Positions 62,101 through 64,000 of a stretch of DNA of 64,000 bases are shown in pieces. Origin of the DNA: an uncultured Bacillota bacterium (GTDB lineage Bacteria; Bacillota_I; Bacilli_A; RFN20; CAG-288); the NCBI GenBank assembly GCA_949284445.1, contig CASDVP010000001.1, positions 17,516 through 81,515 of the forward strand, written 5' to 3'. The number at the start of each line of letters is the position of its first letter. Within the stretch, counting starts at the first letter, position 1. The position numbers and the translations under genes are program-made. The notes under the pieces were generated by a model. It made no database searches and was not told the origin of the DNA. It saw nothing but the letters and a program-made list of their open reading frames with translations.

Positions 62101-62270
62101 TTCTAAATATAGTATTTCCCGATGTGGCGTTAGGTCAAATCTGTTTCCTAAATCCATTACATGCTGTTTTATTAATATTAATTTCTGCGGTGTTGACTTA
62201 TATCGCTTCTTTGATTCCATCAAGGATCGCTGCTAGAAAAGATCCTGTGACTTGTTTGAGGACCGAATGA
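59145..62270 (+). CDS. MacB/FtsX-type ABC transporter ATPase-permease fusion
   Basis: GPSGCGKT, LSGGQ, DEPTGALD; ERTKEIGVLRSIGA FtsX motif. Confidence 0.92.
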   Translation: MLILNNLVKDYLIQDNKPVHALKNISLEFSDTGFVSILGPSGCGKTTLLNIIGGLDKYTSGDVIINGHSTKGYTDQDWDAYRNREIGIVFQSYNLIPHLTVKGNVELAMTLSGVNLKERSEKAIKALKSVGLEEQINKKPNQLSGGQMQRVALARALVNEPNIILADEPTGALDSNTSIQVMDILKEISKTKLVIIVTHNEELASKYSDRIIRVSDGQVISDSKMNLSTEKDQIEKMLIEEKAKQASLKPALKQKLSLKERIKAFFNRKDKHTSMSYTTALGISGRNLLTKKGKTIITAIAASFGIIGVGLVLALSNGFTNYVNRMEAETMSQFPMTIEKYGYNFVNPSDEQLEKYPDEDVVHVVEPIHSNIHTNNITKDFITYLNNINNEEEIAKIRYNYSIGMNVISRYETEPNSYVYSAVKTSQQSYVQSLASSMLGGGSDWKELPASKDQILEQYDVLKGEYPDEESNLDVDENNIPDQDVFNLVLVVDSRNSLSTSTMTSLGLNPQEKDYSFDDLLGLEFKYVPSDDYYGDPIPVSELSEDGESIPTPTPGFYFKEDVTITDIMNVLNQIGDENFDATQLFDLFDLPSAEYITEAMNDPTVYAILSPLLSSNYMNTLKLLEILNKVQNNQSVTNEDLQALFAPLADVPDKRAEFGTALRDAIRALRETNAFAPYFNKQLYYYESPDNDQIRLRNLYSGNNGVKTRTLRISAILRQKDTTSLGLLSTGVYYPKTLTYQAFYDNSVSKIAKEFKNHILFAPAQADFAGIFTEVIDSIVSGENVNEAALKIFENFEIKALNIINNANPFTNSSSISDYMDLRLELGSDFVIPDSISADTDFLDPQLYTNFVTNITIYPTDYDCKQQVIDYLNAYNEGKAEDDQIMYTDVGQTATDIVGQIVSVISAVLIAFASISLVVSSVMIAILIYSSVVERTKEIGVLRSIGARKKDVSRLFKAEAVIIGLLSGLFGVVFTYLVSLPISGILNIVFPDVALGQICFLNPLHAVLLILISAVLTYIASLIPSRIAARKDPVTCLRTE

Positions 62271-62271
62271 T

Positions 62272-63903
62272 ATGATTAAAGAATTGTTGAGCAAATTAAA
62301 AGAATCTGTTGTATCGATCTTACCGATTATCATCTTGATAATCGTGTTAAATTTTGCAGCTCCTTCTTTCAGCTTAGACCCTGGTTATAACATGAATGCT
62401 GGTCCGGTTTTCACCAGCTTTATGATCTCGATCGTTCCTTTGATTTTAGGATTGGCACTTTTTAACATGGGCGCCGAAAAATCAATGGGTAAAATCGGTG
62501 AATTAGTCGGTACTTCTCTGACTAAGAAGAAGTCTTTAATCCTCTTAGCTATCATCGCCTTACTTCTCGGAACTCTGATCACGATCGCAGAGCCTGATCT
62601 GACAGTTTTATCTTTGCAATTGATGCCTGCTGGTCCTAACTGGACACTGATATTAGTCGCTAGTTTAGGAGTCGGTGTCATGTTAGCAGTCGCAGTCATC
62701 AGAGTCATCTTACAAAAATCGATCAAAGTATGGCTAGTCATCGCTTATGCTCTAGTCTTCGCTTTGGGTTGTATGGCTAATCCAGAATTCTTCCCTGTTG
62801 TCTTCGATTCAGGCGGCGCTACTACTTCTGCCGTCTCTTCACCTTTCATCCTCTCTTTTGGTATCGGTATAGCTGCTGTCAGAGGCGGTAAGAATTCAGA
62901 AGATGATTCTTTCGGCTATGCTGGAATCTGTTCATTAGGTCCTCTCATCTCAGTTATGATCATGGGTATTATTCTAGGTAATAATGAGGCTTCGATGGAT
63001 GGGATTTTAGATAAAATTCCTGGACAGGTTGAAGATTTATTAATAACTTTAAATAATTTTAATGAGATCGGTCCATTTTATTTAAATAACTTTGTCTCGG
63101 CATTAAAAGATGTCGCTTTATCTTTATCACCTATTGTCGTTTTCTTCTTCATCTATAACTTCATATTAAAAGTTCATGCTAAAACCATTTATTCGATATT
63201 GATCGGTATCGCTTATACCTTTGTCGGCTTAGTCATATTCTTGATGGGTGCTAATGCTGGATTCATTCCAGTAGCTGCGACTCTCGGTCAATCTTTCACT
63301 GATTTACCATTAGCTCTTTTCCTGCTCTTCGGATTCGTTGTTGGCAATATGATCATTTTAGCTGAACCTGCTGTTCACGTATTAGCTGATCAAGTCACGG
63401 AAGTGACTAGTGGTGTCATCAGAAAATGGCAGGTTTTCTTAGCATTATGTTTAGCAGCTGGTGTTTCAGTGCTTTTAAATGTCATCAGAATCTACTTCCA
63501 TATTCCGATCATGATGATGTGTGCAACTGTCTATATCATCGGTTTTGTCCTTTGCTTTATCGTGCCTGATCTTTATGTTGCTATCGCCTTTGATTCCACC
63601 GGTGTAGCAACTGGTACTCTCTCTTCTTGTTTCTTGCTTCCAATGTTTATCGGTTATACAAATTCTTTATATATCTCTAAAGGTTATACAGGCGAAGAAT
63701 TAGCTTCTTATATCTTAGCCGATGGTTTCGGTATCATCGGTATGATTTCAACAACCCCGATCATCGCTGTCGAGCTTTTAGGTTTGATAGGTGTCGTCAA
63801 GAGTAAACTCACCTATAAGAAGGCTCTTGAAAGCATCAAAGAAGTCGATGATAGTCAAGTCATTCATTTACCCTCTTATCAGGAGGTGAACAATGTTCAT
63901 TAA
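62272..63903 (+). CDS. DUF1538 tandem-domain membrane protein
   Basis: Two AEP motifs, FDSGGATT and FDSTGVATG, DSFG and DGFG. Confidence 0.85.
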   Translation: MIKELLSKLKESVVSILPIIILIIVLNFAAPSFSLDPGYNMNAGPVFTSFMISIVPLILGLALFNMGAEKSMGKIGELVGTSLTKKKSLILLAIIALLLGTLITIAEPDLTVLSLQLMPAGPNWTLILVASLGVGVMLAVAVIRVILQKSIKVWLVIAYALVFALGCMANPEFFPVVFDSGGATTSAVSSPFILSFGIGIAAVRGGKNSEDDSFGYAGICSLGPLISVMIMGIILGNNEASMDGILDKIPGQVEDLLITLNNFNEIGPFYLNNFVSALKDVALSLSPIVVFFFIYNFILKVHAKTIYSILIGIAYTFVGLVIFLMGANAGFIPVAATLGQSFTDLPLALFLLFGFVVGNMIILAEPAVHVLADQVTEVTSGVIRKWQVFLALCLAAGVSVLLNVIRIYFHIPIMMMCATVYIIGFVLCFIVPDLYVAIAFDSTGVATGTLSSCFLLPMFIGYTNSLYISKGYTGEELASYILADGFGIIGMISTTPIIAVELLGLIGVVKSKLTYKKALESIKEVDDSQVIHLPSYQEVNNVH

Positions 63904-64000
63904 AAAATTATCAAAGAAAGTTCAACATCATCCAAAAGCTCCTGCTCTTCCTTTTGAAAAAAGAGAAACTCTTCAATCTTTATCTCTCTTTTTCACGATC
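63893..64000 (+). CDS. partial ORF running off the window, possibly PII-like
   Basis: SD AGGAGGTG 63881-63888, ATG 63893, MFIKKLSKK...LSLFFTI open to the window end; DUF1538 genes commonly precede PII-like genes. Confidence 0.5.
   Translation, partial: MFIKKLSKKVQHHPKAPALPFEKRETLQSLSLFFTI

Noticed and set aside
1328-62741. Many 60-130-aa ORFs antisense to or nested in long genes (e.g. 1541-1810, 27223-27612, 62385-62741)
   Set aside because: They shadow well-supported genes and have no SD or recognisable motifs
1-64000. Genetic code 4 (Mycoplasma-like)
   Set aside because: TGA terminates several genes and RF2 with SPF and a UGA-dependent frameshift is present
1-64000. tRNA, rRNA, IS element, integrase or prophage
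   Set aside because: No cloverleaf, rRNA-like tract, transposase, recombinase or phage structural gene was recognised

Overview
AT-rich chromosomal window from a low-GC Bacillota (Bacilli-like, probably a reduced-genome host-associated lineage; this is inference from gene content). It uses the standard code: TGA ends several genes and RF2 is present. Core content: a yybP-ykoY riboswitch-controlled P-type ATPase, cobB, nfeD-SPFH, rsuA, a complete pstSCAB-phoU-phoP-phoR operon with Pho boxes, a GH13 glucosidase, degV, secA, prfB (programmed +1 frameshift), rpmE, superoxide reductase, metG, cca, pyrG, two probable c-di-AMP receptors (DarB/YkuL-like CBS protein and BusR-like GntR-RCK_C), a MacB-type ABC fusion and a DUF1538 fusion. 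Accessory content: a TetR-controlled flavodoxin/CMD-cupin redox cluster and two decayed AlbA_2/HATPase/wHTH remnants with 12-bp arrays. The most unusual features are (1) two tandem ~1120-aa orphan proteins (7552-14289), each built from four diverged ~270-aa repeats, only two of which keep a CxC...CxxC metal motif, translationally coupled behind an M6 metalloprotease lipoprotein in a cobB-led operon, and (2) an intact 984-aa ORF that looks like a DUF4011/SF1-helicase/nuclease (Hhe-like defence protein) with its catalytic motifs erased. No rRNA, tRNA, CRISPR array, integrase or transposase was seen. All family calls are from motif recognition by eye; no searches were run.
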